Source: Candidatus Omnitrophota bacterium
GTDB lineage: Bacteria; Omnitrophota; Gorgyraeia; Gorgyraeales; Gorgyraeaceae
Direction of reading: 5' to 3'
NCBI GenBank assembly: GCA_018814825.1
Contig: JAHIYJ010000090.1
Coordinates: 1,321 to 65,320 of the forward strand
DNA: 64,000 nt
Shown: piece after piece, positions 38,291-46,923 of the stretch
Layout of the letters: every line of letters starts with the position of its first letter
Position numbering within the stretch: the stretch's first letter is position 1
Program-made: the position numbers and the translations under genes
The notes under the pieces: model-generated
Databases searched by the model: none
The model's input: only the letters and a program-made list of their open reading frames with translations
Told to the model about the DNA's origin: nothing

Positions 38291-39868
38291 ATGAAGCTAA
38301 AAATACAATTGATTGTATGCACAATAATTGTTTCGGCATTTATTTTTATAGAGGCACAAGTTCAAGCTCAAGAGGCACGAAAGGTTTCTCTGGCAGGAAG
38401 AAAGATTTTAGTAAGCGAGGAATTACTCCCTTACTTGGGAGCCTTGACTTTTATTGTTCCGCAAGAAGCTGAACACCCGCGCCCTAAAGTTCATGGGATG
38501 GCCAAGAGCGCTGATCTGTCACGTATCAATGGTTATAATCATTCGCTCGAAGGAGAACCTGTTGGTTCTGGTGCAGCTATAGGCGGCCTACCAGGCATTG
38601 CTACCAATGCTAGAGAAAAAGAGCTTTCTGTGCACCGGGTCGTGGTAACAGGTGACCCAGTACCCATAAAAGATGAAATAGACTATATTGATATCCCTGT
38701 CCTGGTCGATTACCTTAAAGAACAAGCTGATATTACAATAACGCAGGATACGGTCTATAAAGGAGGCAATATAGGCACCAAAGAGGATCCTAAGATCGTT
38801 GTAGTCAATGGTTCGAGGCTTAAGCTCATGCATGACTTCGAAGGTTATGGTATTCTCATACTTACAGGAGAGAGGACAGATAATCCGCGCTGGGATGACG
38901 AATCTGAAGAAGACGATATTGATGCCGAAAAAAGCACATTATACCAGGTTATCCGTAAAATAGGCGACGAACTGGATCTTGACTTTCCTCGTGAACAGCG
39001 TGTGAAGAGAAGATTAAGGCTGGTTATGGAAGATACATCTTCGTGGTATGGGATGATTATCTCTGATATCGGCTCTGAAACACTCATAGAAACTGATATA
39101 GATAGAGAGATCAATGTCCATGAGCGCCGGATAAATGACCTTAAGAAAGGCCGCAGGAATGATTCTGAAGACGAAAGAAAACTGCGTGATAGATGGGAGA
39201 GAGAGGAAAGAGAATCTCCTTCCAGGCAAAGGGAATCTTCGAACAGGTCTTTTAGAGAATTGTTCGCGCGGTTATTCGATGTCCAGCTTGCCTATGCTGA
39301 AGATAAAGATGACGATAAAGCCAAAGAGGAAAAAGATAAAAAGGAAAAGAAACACTTTATAGTTTACCCTAAAAAAGAGATAAAATACCATAAACCGGTA
39401 TGGCATCGCCATGGGGCCAAAGGTGTAGTGATGATCTTAGGAAGGCAGCATGGCTATTGGCACCCGCCCTATCCATGGCCTGTTATAGAGGAGGATATGG
39501 TTCCTGATTCTCCAAGGTATAAATGGATACATAAGTTAAAATCTTCCTCAATGGATTACTGGAATAAGTGGAGAGATTTTATGTCAAGGCCTGCTTATGC
39601 AAAGAACGACAAGGATGAGGACGAGGATAAAGATAAAGATAAAGACAAAGAAAAAGAAGGCAAGAGTGAAAAGAAAGTGCCGCGTAGATCCGAAGCAAAA
39701 CCTGGAGACGGCGTCAGGGTGTATGGGGCAATGCTTATAGGTGGTGAAAGGCCAATGGTTATCATGAAACTCGCTGATGTTTTTTATTCGAAAGAGGCCA
39801 TTGATATGGTGGATAAAAAACTTTCGAGTCTGCGCTTTACCTGGAGTGAATATAAAGAAGAAGAATAA
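38291..39868 (+). CDS. Secreted hypothetical protein with charged low-complexity insertions
   Basis: GGAGG RBS, Sec signal peptide (VQA|QE), 525 aa, own promoter and terminator. Confidence 0.8.
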   Translation: MKLKIQLIVCTIIVSAFIFIEAQVQAQEARKVSLAGRKILVSEELLPYLGALTFIVPQEAEHPRPKVHGMAKSADLSRINGYNHSLEGEPVGSGAAIGGLPGIATNAREKELSVHRVVVTGDPVPIKDEIDYIDIPVLVDYLKEQADITITQDTVYKGGNIGTKEDPKIVVVNGSRLKLMHDFEGYGILILTGERTDNPRWDDESEEDDIDAEKSTLYQVIRKIGDELDLDFPREQRVKRRLRLVMEDTSSWYGMIISDIGSETLIETDIDREINVHERRINDLKKGRRNDSEDERKLRDRWEREERESPSRQRESSNRSFRELFARLFDVQLAYAEDKDDDKAKEEKDKKEKKHFIVYPKKEIKYHKPVWHRHGAKGVVMILGRQHGYWHPPYPWPVIEEDMVPDSPRYKWIHKLKSSSMDYWNKWRDFMSRPAYAKNDKDEDEDKDKDKDKEKEGKSEKKVPRRSEAKPGDGVRVYGAMLIGGERPMVIMKLADVFYSKEAIDMVDKKLSSLRFTWSEYKEEE

Positions 39869-39890
39869 CTTGTTGGTTGTATGGAATTTT

Positions 39891-39934
39891 AATCCCCTTA
39901 TTATTTAGTCACTATTATAATAAGGGGATTTTTT
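39891..39934 (+). terminator. Intrinsic terminator
   Basis: AATCCCCTTATTAT/ATAATAAGGGGATT 14-bp stem followed by T-run. Confidence 0.75.
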
Positions 39935-40004
39935 ATCAATAAGAATTTACATTGTATCTAACATGGCATAGGTGTATAATTTTTATTAAAAAGGGGGCGA
40001 TATT

Positions 40005-40265
40005 ATGACTCATAAGATAACTGTAGGTTTACTATCAGCGGCGTTGATTTTTGTCCTAATAGGACTTGTCTATGCCGGCAGAGAGACCGGTTCGGTGCTT
40101 TTACCTGAAGAAACATTGCAAAAGATTTTTGAGAAACTAGACAAGATCTCAAGAGAGCAAGATGCCATGAAGAGCAGGATGAATACAAGGCTCGATCAGA
40201 TTCTTGCTAATCAGGAAGCGGCAAAGGATGAATTGAAGACAATTAGGATAAGGAGTTTCCGATGA
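40005..40265 (+). CDS. Small exported coiled-coil protein
   Basis: Signal peptide (VYA|G), heptad pattern; TTGTAT-17 nt-TATAAT promoter at 39952-39980 and GGGGG RBS. Confidence 0.7.
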   Translation: MTHKITVGLLSAALIFVLIGLVYAGRETGSVLLPEETLQKIFEKLDKISREQDAMKSRMNTRLDQILANQEAAKDELKTIRIRSFR

Positions 40266-40373
40266 AGTGGCCCTATTTAATACTTGTAAAAGTTATAGTA
40301 TATGATATACTTATTGGAAAGTATTAATAAGTATTAGTTACCTTTACATAATATTAAATAGGGGGTATCCAAT

Positions 40374-40631
40374 ATGACAATAGAAAAAAACATATTGACA
40401 ATTGATGAGGTATCTAAGTTATTCAGCCTTTCTAAAGCAAGCATTAACTATTATATCAATATGGGGCTGATCGATGTATCCATGCGCAGGGGGAATAAGC
40501 GTTTTTTTGAATATGATATAATTAAGCATCGCATGAATACGATACAGCAATTGCAAGAAAAAGGTTTCTTACTGCGCCAGATCAAGGAAAAGATAATGCA
40601 GGAGAAATACAGGGAAGTCTCGCCGCGATGA
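40374..40631 (+). CDS. MerR-family HTH protein (DNA-binding domain only)
   Basis: LTIDEVSK...SINYYINMGLI...GNKRFF...GFLLRQIK. Confidence 0.8.
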   Translation: MTIEKNILTIDEVSKLFSLSKASINYYINMGLIDVSMRRGNKRFFEYDIIKHRMNTIQQLQEKGFLLRQIKEKIMQEKYREVSPR

Positions 40632-42361
40632 AAAAACAAACCTTATTTCAGAGACCTTTATTTCATACACTGTTATTAGATAACCTGAAGACTTGCCTTA
40701 AGAGCATAGGTGTGGTAACGGGTTTGGATATAGGGGCTTCTTCCTTGAAGATTGTCGAGCTCAAAAAGACAAGAGAGGGATTTAGCGTAAACAATTTTGT
40801 CTTTGACGTTATACCTGCTTCTGTAAGGGCTGATGATAAGGAGCTCGCGCAGTTTATTATCAATAGTATAAGAGAGGCAGTAAGACAGGATAAGCTTATG
40901 ACTAGGGGGGGGTTTTTAGCCTTGAGCGGCAAAGAGGTAAAGATCTTTTCGCTGACCTTTCCTAAAATAGCCAGACGTGACTTGAAGAATGCCATCCCGC
41001 TTGAGATCAAAAAACAGATGGTATTTGACCCTAAAAAGAGCTTTTTTGACTTTCAGGTTTCTTCTGAGTTTTCTGATCGCACTGGGCCAAAATTACAGAT
41101 CATTGCCGCAGTAGCAGATAGGAATGTCGTGCAAGAAAAAATAGATATTTTGCAGAAGGCTGGTATACGGCCTTTGGGCATAAGTATCATCCCTAATGCG
41201 TTGGGCAGTGTGCTGGAGAGGATAAGCGGGATTAATCCTGAAGAGGTAGTTTCTGTATTAGATATGGGCGCCAAGTTTACTGCCTTATGCATATTTAAAG
41301 GATCTAAATTGGAATTCAGCAGGGATATTCCGGTCGGAGGAGATCATCTAACCCAGGGATTAGTAAGAAAGATAACCCTGCCAGACAGGGAGATTAATAT
41401 TACCCTTGAACAGGCAGAGATAATCAAGAAGGAATGCGGCATACCCAGAAAGGAAGAATTGGAGCAAAGCGTAGGCCCCTTGTCAAAATCGCATATACTG
41501 GCTATAATGAAACCGACCTTAGAACGCTTGACCAGTGACATCCTGCGTTCAATCAATTATTACCGCCAGTATTTTAAGATACCGAAGATTGATAGGCTAT
41601 TGCTTAGCGGGGGCGGCTCGAGACTCAAGAACATAGAAGAATTTTTATCAACGAACTTAAAAGATATAAAGGTTGATAGGCTTAATCCGTTAGCGACAGT
41701 GGCAGTATGGACAGACAAGGGAGTTTCAAATCAGGAGTTATTAGAGGAATTGGCGCCGCATCTCAGTGTTGGGTTTGGCCTGGCCTTTGGGAAAAAGGGC
41801 GCAAAAGTAGACCTTTTGCCTTTTGAGACAAGGCTTCAACAAAAAGTTGAAACAGTAAAATTTATACTTAAAACCACAGTCCCTGTTGTTACTGCAGTTA
41901 TTTTTCTTTTATATGTTGCCTTTTCTGCCCAATCTTCTCATTATCGCAGGCTTATTACGCAGGCCAAGGCATCCTTAGAATCATTTGAGTCGACAAGACA
42001 GTCTATTAATGAATACGATGCGTTAAAAGAGAGAATGGAGCAGAGAAAAAACCTTCTGGAAAAGGCCGTGGGCAGGCAGCCTCTTTGGCGCGGGGTTCTA
42101 AAGGAGTTAGGGCGGGTTGGACCCGAAGGCATAACCTTGCATAGATTAGCTGTAGTAAAAGGTCAAAGTCCTATTAAGCTGAGATTAAATGGGGAGATAG
42201 TACCTTCTTATACAAGCATAGACCTGGTACTTTCACAGTATCTTATGGCGCTGGATGAATCGCCCTTTTTTGAGAACGTAGAGCTGGTCTCTCAGGTACG
42301 GGATGCATATTCATCCACGCCAAAAGCAAGATTTGAGATTATGCTTAAATTGGTGTATTAG
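40628..42361 (+). CDS. pilM: PilM-PilN fusion (second copy)
   Basis: GLDIGASSLK, LDMGA, LSGGGS, VDLLP + TM + PilN domain. Confidence 0.85.
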   Translation: MKKQTLFQRPLFHTLLLDNLKTCLKSIGVVTGLDIGASSLKIVELKKTREGFSVNNFVFDVIPASVRADDKELAQFIINSIREAVRQDKLMTRGGFLALSGKEVKIFSLTFPKIARRDLKNAIPLEIKKQMVFDPKKSFFDFQVSSEFSDRTGPKLQIIAAVADRNVVQEKIDILQKAGIRPLGISIIPNALGSVLERISGINPEEVVSVLDMGAKFTALCIFKGSKLEFSRDIPVGGDHLTQGLVRKITLPDREINITLEQAEIIKKECGIPRKEELEQSVGPLSKSHILAIMKPTLERLTSDILRSINYYRQYFKIPKIDRLLLSGGGSRLKNIEEFLSTNLKDIKVDRLNPLATVAVWTDKGVSNQELLEELAPHLSVGFGLAFGKKGAKVDLLPFETRLQQKVETVKFILKTTVPVVTAVIFLLYVAFSAQSSHYRRLITQAKASLESFESTRQSINEYDALKERMEQRKNLLEKAVGRQPLWRGVLKELGRVGPEGITLHRLAVVKGQSPIKLRLNGEIVPSYTSIDLVLSQYLMALDESPFFENVELVSQVRDAYSSTPKARFEIMLKLVY

Positions 42362-42363
42362 AA

Positions 42364-42918
42364 ATGAATAACTTTAAAATTAAAGAGATAATTCTTGCTA
42401 CAGGGATTTCAATCATTGCCATTTCTATGACATATTACCTACTTTATGTGCCGAAGGCCAGGCAGATAGCAGGGCTTCAAAAGGAAACGAAAAGCTTTCA
42501 CGAAGACATAGAAGAAATGGAAAAGATGATTTGCCGCGTTCCTAATCCCAAGAAAGAAATAGAAGTCCTGGGAGAGAGGCTGCAAAAACTTAAAGAAAAG
42601 GCCACGGATAAAGAGCAGACTCCTCGGATCATACAGCAGTTATTTCAAAAAACAGGGGAATTGAATATAGAGGTTATTTCTATTAACCCGCGCGAAGAAA
42701 CAGGGGAGAGCTCCATAGATATACCTGAAGGGGTAGGCAAGATCTATGTTGAGATAAAGATACGTTGTTCATATAAAACCTTATTAGCATACATAGAGGC
42801 CTTAAATCACCTGCCTCTTTTATTTACGCTTGAGGATTTATCCATTGAAAAAGCTGGTAAAGAGGCATCAGAAAATGTAGAGGTCCTCTTGCTTTTGAGC
42901 GCCTATGTCATGGCTTAG
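42364..42918 (+). CDS. pilO: PilO/MshJ-like protein
   Basis: TM + coiled coil + ferredoxin-like C-terminal pattern; synteny. Confidence 0.75.
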   Translation: MNNFKIKEIILATGISIIAISMTYYLLYVPKARQIAGLQKETKSFHEDIEEMEKMICRVPNPKKEIEVLGERLQKLKEKATDKEQTPRIIQQLFQKTGELNIEVISINPREETGESSIDIPEGVGKIYVEIKIRCSYKTLLAYIEALNHLPLLFTLEDLSIEKAGKEASENVEVLLLLSAYVMA

Positions 42919-42930
42919 GAAGGCAGAAAG

Positions 42931-43428
42931 ATGACGTTAGATAAAAGCAGGAAACAATTAATTATTACAGGGATACTTGTCCTGGCGCTGGTATTCATCA
43001 GCATTAATACCTTTTCAAATTCAAAGAAAGGAAAGAGAGAGAAGGCAAAAAAACAAAACGCGAGAGTTTCAATAACCCAGGAGGCCCCAAGTGGAGGGTC
43101 AGGGGATATATCTGTTCAGAAAACTGCTATGGAGGGTTTTGCGCCACTGGATCATAGAACAATTCAATTGCAACTTGTCAGAATAGCAGAAGAGGAGCCT
43201 ATAAAAGATCCATTTTATCCGATGGAGAAAAAAGAAACATTTAAAAGAGGTTCTATAGTCTTAAAGGGGATTTCCTGGAAGGAAAAGGCCCCGTCATTTG
43301 CAATTATAAACGAACAAATTATAAAAGTAGGCGATAGCGTAGGAGATAGCAAGGTTATGCGTATCGAGGAAAAGTCAGTTGTGCTAGAAAAAGACAATCG
43401 GGAATATATCCTGGTTCTGGAGGAATAA
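42931..43428 (+). CDS. PilP/MshK-like protein
   Basis: TM, KDPF, LKGISW...AIINEQIIKVGD. Confidence 0.7.
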   Translation: MTLDKSRKQLIITGILVLALVFISINTFSNSKKGKREKAKKQNARVSITQEAPSGGSGDISVQKTAMEGFAPLDHRTIQLQLVRIAEEEPIKDPFYPMEKKETFKRGSIVLKGISWKEKAPSFAIINEQIIKVGDSVGDSKVMRIEEKSVVLEKDNREYILVLEE

Positions 43429-43429
43429 A

Positions 43430-44866
43430 ATGAGAAAATTACCTGTTATATTGTTGTTTTTTTTCCTGATCTTTTACTTTTCTTCAGAAGTTTTTCCCCA
43501 GGAGGACAAAGATTTTATATCGGTTGATTTCAGGGATACCGAAATTGGTGATGCCTTGAGACTTTTGTCTAAACAGCACAACTTGAATATCATTATCTCA
43601 GAATACGTAAAAGGGCCGATAACTGCGCAGTTTTCCAATGTTACTGTGCAGGAGGCAATAGACGCAATCGTTACTATTAATGGGTATGCTTATACTAAAC
43701 GCGGTAATGTGATAAAGGTTACTTCTCCAGAGGCAGCTGAGCTTGAACCGGCTGTCACGCGCCTATTTAAGTTAAACAATGCCACGGCATCAGAGCTCAA
43801 AGAGTCGTTTGCAAAGGTGTTATCCGAGACAGGTAATATCGAGATAGATGAGCGTTCTAATGCTCTCATAGTCACTGATAACTCTAAGGTTATAGAGAAG
43901 ATTCAGGAATTGATTGAAGGATTGGATGGAATTACCCCTCAGATAATGATAGAGGCCAAGGTTATAGAGACAATCTTGTCAGATTCTGATAGACTGGGTA
44001 TCGACTGGACAACGCAGATAACCGCCACGGGCGCTAATCGGCCTACAACATTTCCTTTTGACAGGAAGTCACAAGGCGGCAGGTGGTTTCCGGTAGGCGA
44101 CGCAACAGCTGATGCAGGTGATAACGCAGGCACATTTCCGCCTGATCCAGCCACAGGCTTTCCCCTGGCATTGCCATCAAATTTTACCTTAGGTTCTCTT
44201 GATTTTACCCAGCTTCAGGCAGTGCTCGAGATACTGGAGTCAAGGTCTAACACAACCACCCTTTCTAATCCAAAGATCGTTACTATGAATAACAAAGAGG
44301 CGAGTGTATTGGTAGGAACGCGTATGCCGATTCCTATATATGAGCGCAATGAAGCAACAGGGACATTTGAGATCACTGGTTACGATGAAGAGAAAGTAGG
44401 TGTATCCCTGAAGGTGGTCCCTCAGGTTAATTCACAGGGTTATATAAAACTTAAATTATCTCCAGAGGTCAGTTCTATTACCAGCTATACAGGCCCCAAT
44501 AATGAGCGCCCTATTATTTCTACGCGCCAGGCGCAAACCGAAGTCCAGATCAAGGATGGGCACACAGTTGTCATTGGAGGCCTGATCAAAGAAGAAAATA
44601 TCAAGACAGTAAGAAGGGTGCCTATCTTGGGACACATACCTATCCTTAGCTTACTATTTAAAAAGACAGAAGATACTAAAGGTAAAACTGATTTGCTTAT
44701 TTTTGTTACAGCCCATATTATTTCTGAAGATAAAGCCAAGAGTTTCACCCAGGAGGCTATTTATAAATCAAAACGGCCGGATCTCTTTCCAGAAGAAAAA
44801 CAGAAAAAGAATCTTAAGCCGAAAAAAGAAACAACAGAGGCAAAATCGTATAAACCATTGAAATAA
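43430..44866 (+). CDS. pilQ: Secretin (PilQ/MshL/GspD family)
   Basis: STN and N domains, DERSNALIV, QIMIEAK, VIGGL, VPILGHIPIL. Confidence 0.9.
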   Translation: MRKLPVILLFFFLIFYFSSEVFPQEDKDFISVDFRDTEIGDALRLLSKQHNLNIIISEYVKGPITAQFSNVTVQEAIDAIVTINGYAYTKRGNVIKVTSPEAAELEPAVTRLFKLNNATASELKESFAKVLSETGNIEIDERSNALIVTDNSKVIEKIQELIEGLDGITPQIMIEAKVIETILSDSDRLGIDWTTQITATGANRPTTFPFDRKSQGGRWFPVGDATADAGDNAGTFPPDPATGFPLALPSNFTLGSLDFTQLQAVLEILESRSNTTTLSNPKIVTMNNKEASVLVGTRMPIPIYERNEATGTFEITGYDEEKVGVSLKVVPQVNSQGYIKLKLSPEVSSITSYTGPNNERPIISTRQAQTEVQIKDGHTVVIGGLIKEENIKTVRRVPILGHIPILSLLFKKTEDTKGKTDLLIFVTAHIISEDKAKSFTQEAIYKSKRPDLFPEEKQKKNLKPKKETTEAKSYKPLK

Positions 44867-44893
44867 TATTGGCAGAGCCTTAAAATTAAGGAG

Positions 44894-46219
44894 ATGAGGA
44901 TGAAAACAAAAAAGGACTGGATAATAATAGGTTTATTTTTAGCTTCTTTATTATTGGGATACAAGAGTTTAAATTTAGCAGGGGTTAATAAACATCTGAA
45001 ACATAAGTTTAAATCTAACCAAGAGGAGGTTATCCAGGCTAAAAGGCGGATAAGTCAGCTGTCCATGCTTAACACCTCCCTTAATTCAGAGATAGAAAAA
45101 TTAAACGCTCAGATTGAAGGCTTCCCCTTATCTTTACAGTCCAAGGAAGAAGAGAACAAAAGATTAAAAGAACAGATGGCCACGCTAAATATAGATTTTG
45201 ATGGGTTGAAAAGGGCCCTTGTGAATTTTGAATCAGAATTCCAAAAAAATCAAGAGCTGAAATTAATAGATTCTCTCAAACAGGAAAACAAGGCCTTTAA
45301 AAATGTCAACCAGGAACTGCAGAAGGAGATCAGGTTGTTTCAGGGGCAATTAATAGAAACAGATAAAGAATTCAGCTCTATGCAAAGGGATATGCAAGAA
45401 TTTGACAGGCGCTTAAAGGATAAGGATGAAGAATTGGCAAAAAAGGAAGAAGAGATAGGCCTGCTTAAGGATGAACTGGCTAAAGTGCGTTCAGAAAAAG
45501 ATGTAATCAAGGTGGGGACAGAGGCAATAAAAGCAGAGCTCGATACAGCTACCAAGGCTGCTGTGTTTTTAAATAACAAGAGCATGGAGCTTGATAGGTC
45601 GTTAAGCGAGAAATCTTCACAGTTGGCTAAGCTGCAGGAAGAGATAGAAGCGCTCAGGTCACAAAGGAATAGTCTTCAGGAAGAACTCTCCTCATCTTTG
45701 GCCAGTCAAAAACAAGCCAATGGCCAGCTTATCCAGACTATGCAAACTATTTCTTTATTGCAAGACAGGTTCAAGGGTCTGTCAGAGTTATTGGAAAACA
45801 AATCCCCTGAAACAAAATCAGCGGCTGAGGTGAATTTGCCAAAGATAGAGATATTAATACCTAGGACAGATATTGAAGCCAAGGGAAAGACAGAAGGCAG
45901 AGCTGGCTCTAGCGGCAGTAAAGAGAAACATAAGACTAGAGAAGAAGCTATCGAATGCTATAATAACGGCCTGAAATACGCAGTAGAAGAGAACTATAAA
46001 AAAGCTGAAGAGAGCTTCCTGAAGGCCATTAAGATCAACCCTGAAGATGCTGATAGTTGTTACAACTTGGCAATTATCTATGATGACCACCTGGGTAATA
46101 AAAAGAAGGCCGCCTATTATTACAGGAAATACCTGGAATTAAGGCCGGATTCAGAAGATCGGGATATGGTTATGGAATGGCTGAGAAAGACAGACCGTAA
46201 TATAAAAAAGGGGAGGTAG
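44894..46219 (+). CDS. Membrane-anchored long coiled-coil protein with C-terminal TPR
   Basis: N-terminal TM, about 270 aa coiled coil, YNLAIIYDDHL TPRs. Confidence 0.8.
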   Translation: MRMKTKKDWIIIGLFLASLLLGYKSLNLAGVNKHLKHKFKSNQEEVIQAKRRISQLSMLNTSLNSEIEKLNAQIEGFPLSLQSKEEENKRLKEQMATLNIDFDGLKRALVNFESEFQKNQELKLIDSLKQENKAFKNVNQELQKEIRLFQGQLIETDKEFSSMQRDMQEFDRRLKDKDEELAKKEEEIGLLKDELAKVRSEKDVIKVGTEAIKAELDTATKAAVFLNNKSMELDRSLSEKSSQLAKLQEEIEALRSQRNSLQEELSSSLASQKQANGQLIQTMQTISLLQDRFKGLSELLENKSPETKSAAEVNLPKIEILIPRTDIEAKGKTEGRAGSSGSKEKHKTREEAIECYNNGLKYAVEENYKKAEESFLKAIKINPEDADSCYNLAIIYDDHLGNKKKAAYYYRKYLELRPDSEDRDMVMEWLRKTDRNIKKGR

Positions 46220-46221
46220 GC

Positions 46222-46488
46222 ATGAAAGTGACAATGATTCTGTTTGTTTTAGGAGGCTTGAGTTTAGGGTTTAGCCTGCTGTTTTTTTTGGCCCCAAAAC
46301 AGATAAATTCACGACAGATATTGGATCTGTATATAGGTCCAAAGGCTAAACAGGAAGGATTAGAAGGGCTTATAAACAGGATTATTACTATTGATGATAA
46401 GATTACTATGGCAGCCCAAGCTATGGGGGTTTTTCTAGTTTTTTTTACATTGATTTTATTTTGGACTGGCCTGGCGTTGATCCAATAA
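46222..46488 (+). CDS. Small two-TM hypothetical protein
   Basis: GGAGG RBS, two hydrophobic segments, tight operon spacing. Confidence 0.6.
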   Translation: MKVTMILFVLGGLSLGFSLLFFLAPKQINSRQILDLYIGPKAKQEGLEGLINRIITIDDKITMAAQAMGVFLVFFTLILFWTGLALIQ

Positions 46489-46546
46489 AAAATATTGCGT
46501 ATAAGGTTATTAAAGGTTACAACACAAGAGAACAGCTGGCTTAGAA

Positions 46547-46921
46547 ATGACAAAAAAAATTCTAATAGCTGACAGTGATCCTTTATTTCTAGAGACCATA
46601 GCGACTCAGATAAAAGATAATAGGGGCTATGAAGTCATTACGGCTTTTGATGGCATGGAGGCATTAAAGAAGGCAAGAAGGGAGAATCCGGATATTATTA
46701 TACTTGAAGATACCCTTGTATTTATAGACGGATTTAAATTGTGCCGGTTCTTAAAATTTGATAAACAACGCAGGCATATCCCTATAATACTTTTAACACC
46801 ACATATTAGTGATGCAAATGTGGCCCTGGCGAAAGAGGTAGGCTCAGACGACTATTTGTTGCATTCGGTTAACGATAATCTTTTAGAGAAAATAGATTCT
46901 TATCTTTCAAAGACTGATTAA
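46547..46921 (+). CDS. Atypical single-domain receiver protein
   Basis: CheY fold but IADSD, DIIILED (phospho-Asp position is Glu), YLLHS instead of Y-x-x-KP. Confidence 0.8.
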   Translation: MTKKILIADSDPLFLETIATQIKDNRGYEVITAFDGMEALKKARRENPDIIILEDTLVFIDGFKLCRFLKFDKQRRHIPIILLTPHISDANVALAKEVGSDDYLLHSVNDNLLEKIDSYLSKTD

Positions 46922-46923
46922 TT

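Noticed and set aside
39600-39660. GATAAA-type hexamer run
   Set aside because: Codes the DKDKDK low-complexity tract in frame; not part of the heptamer families
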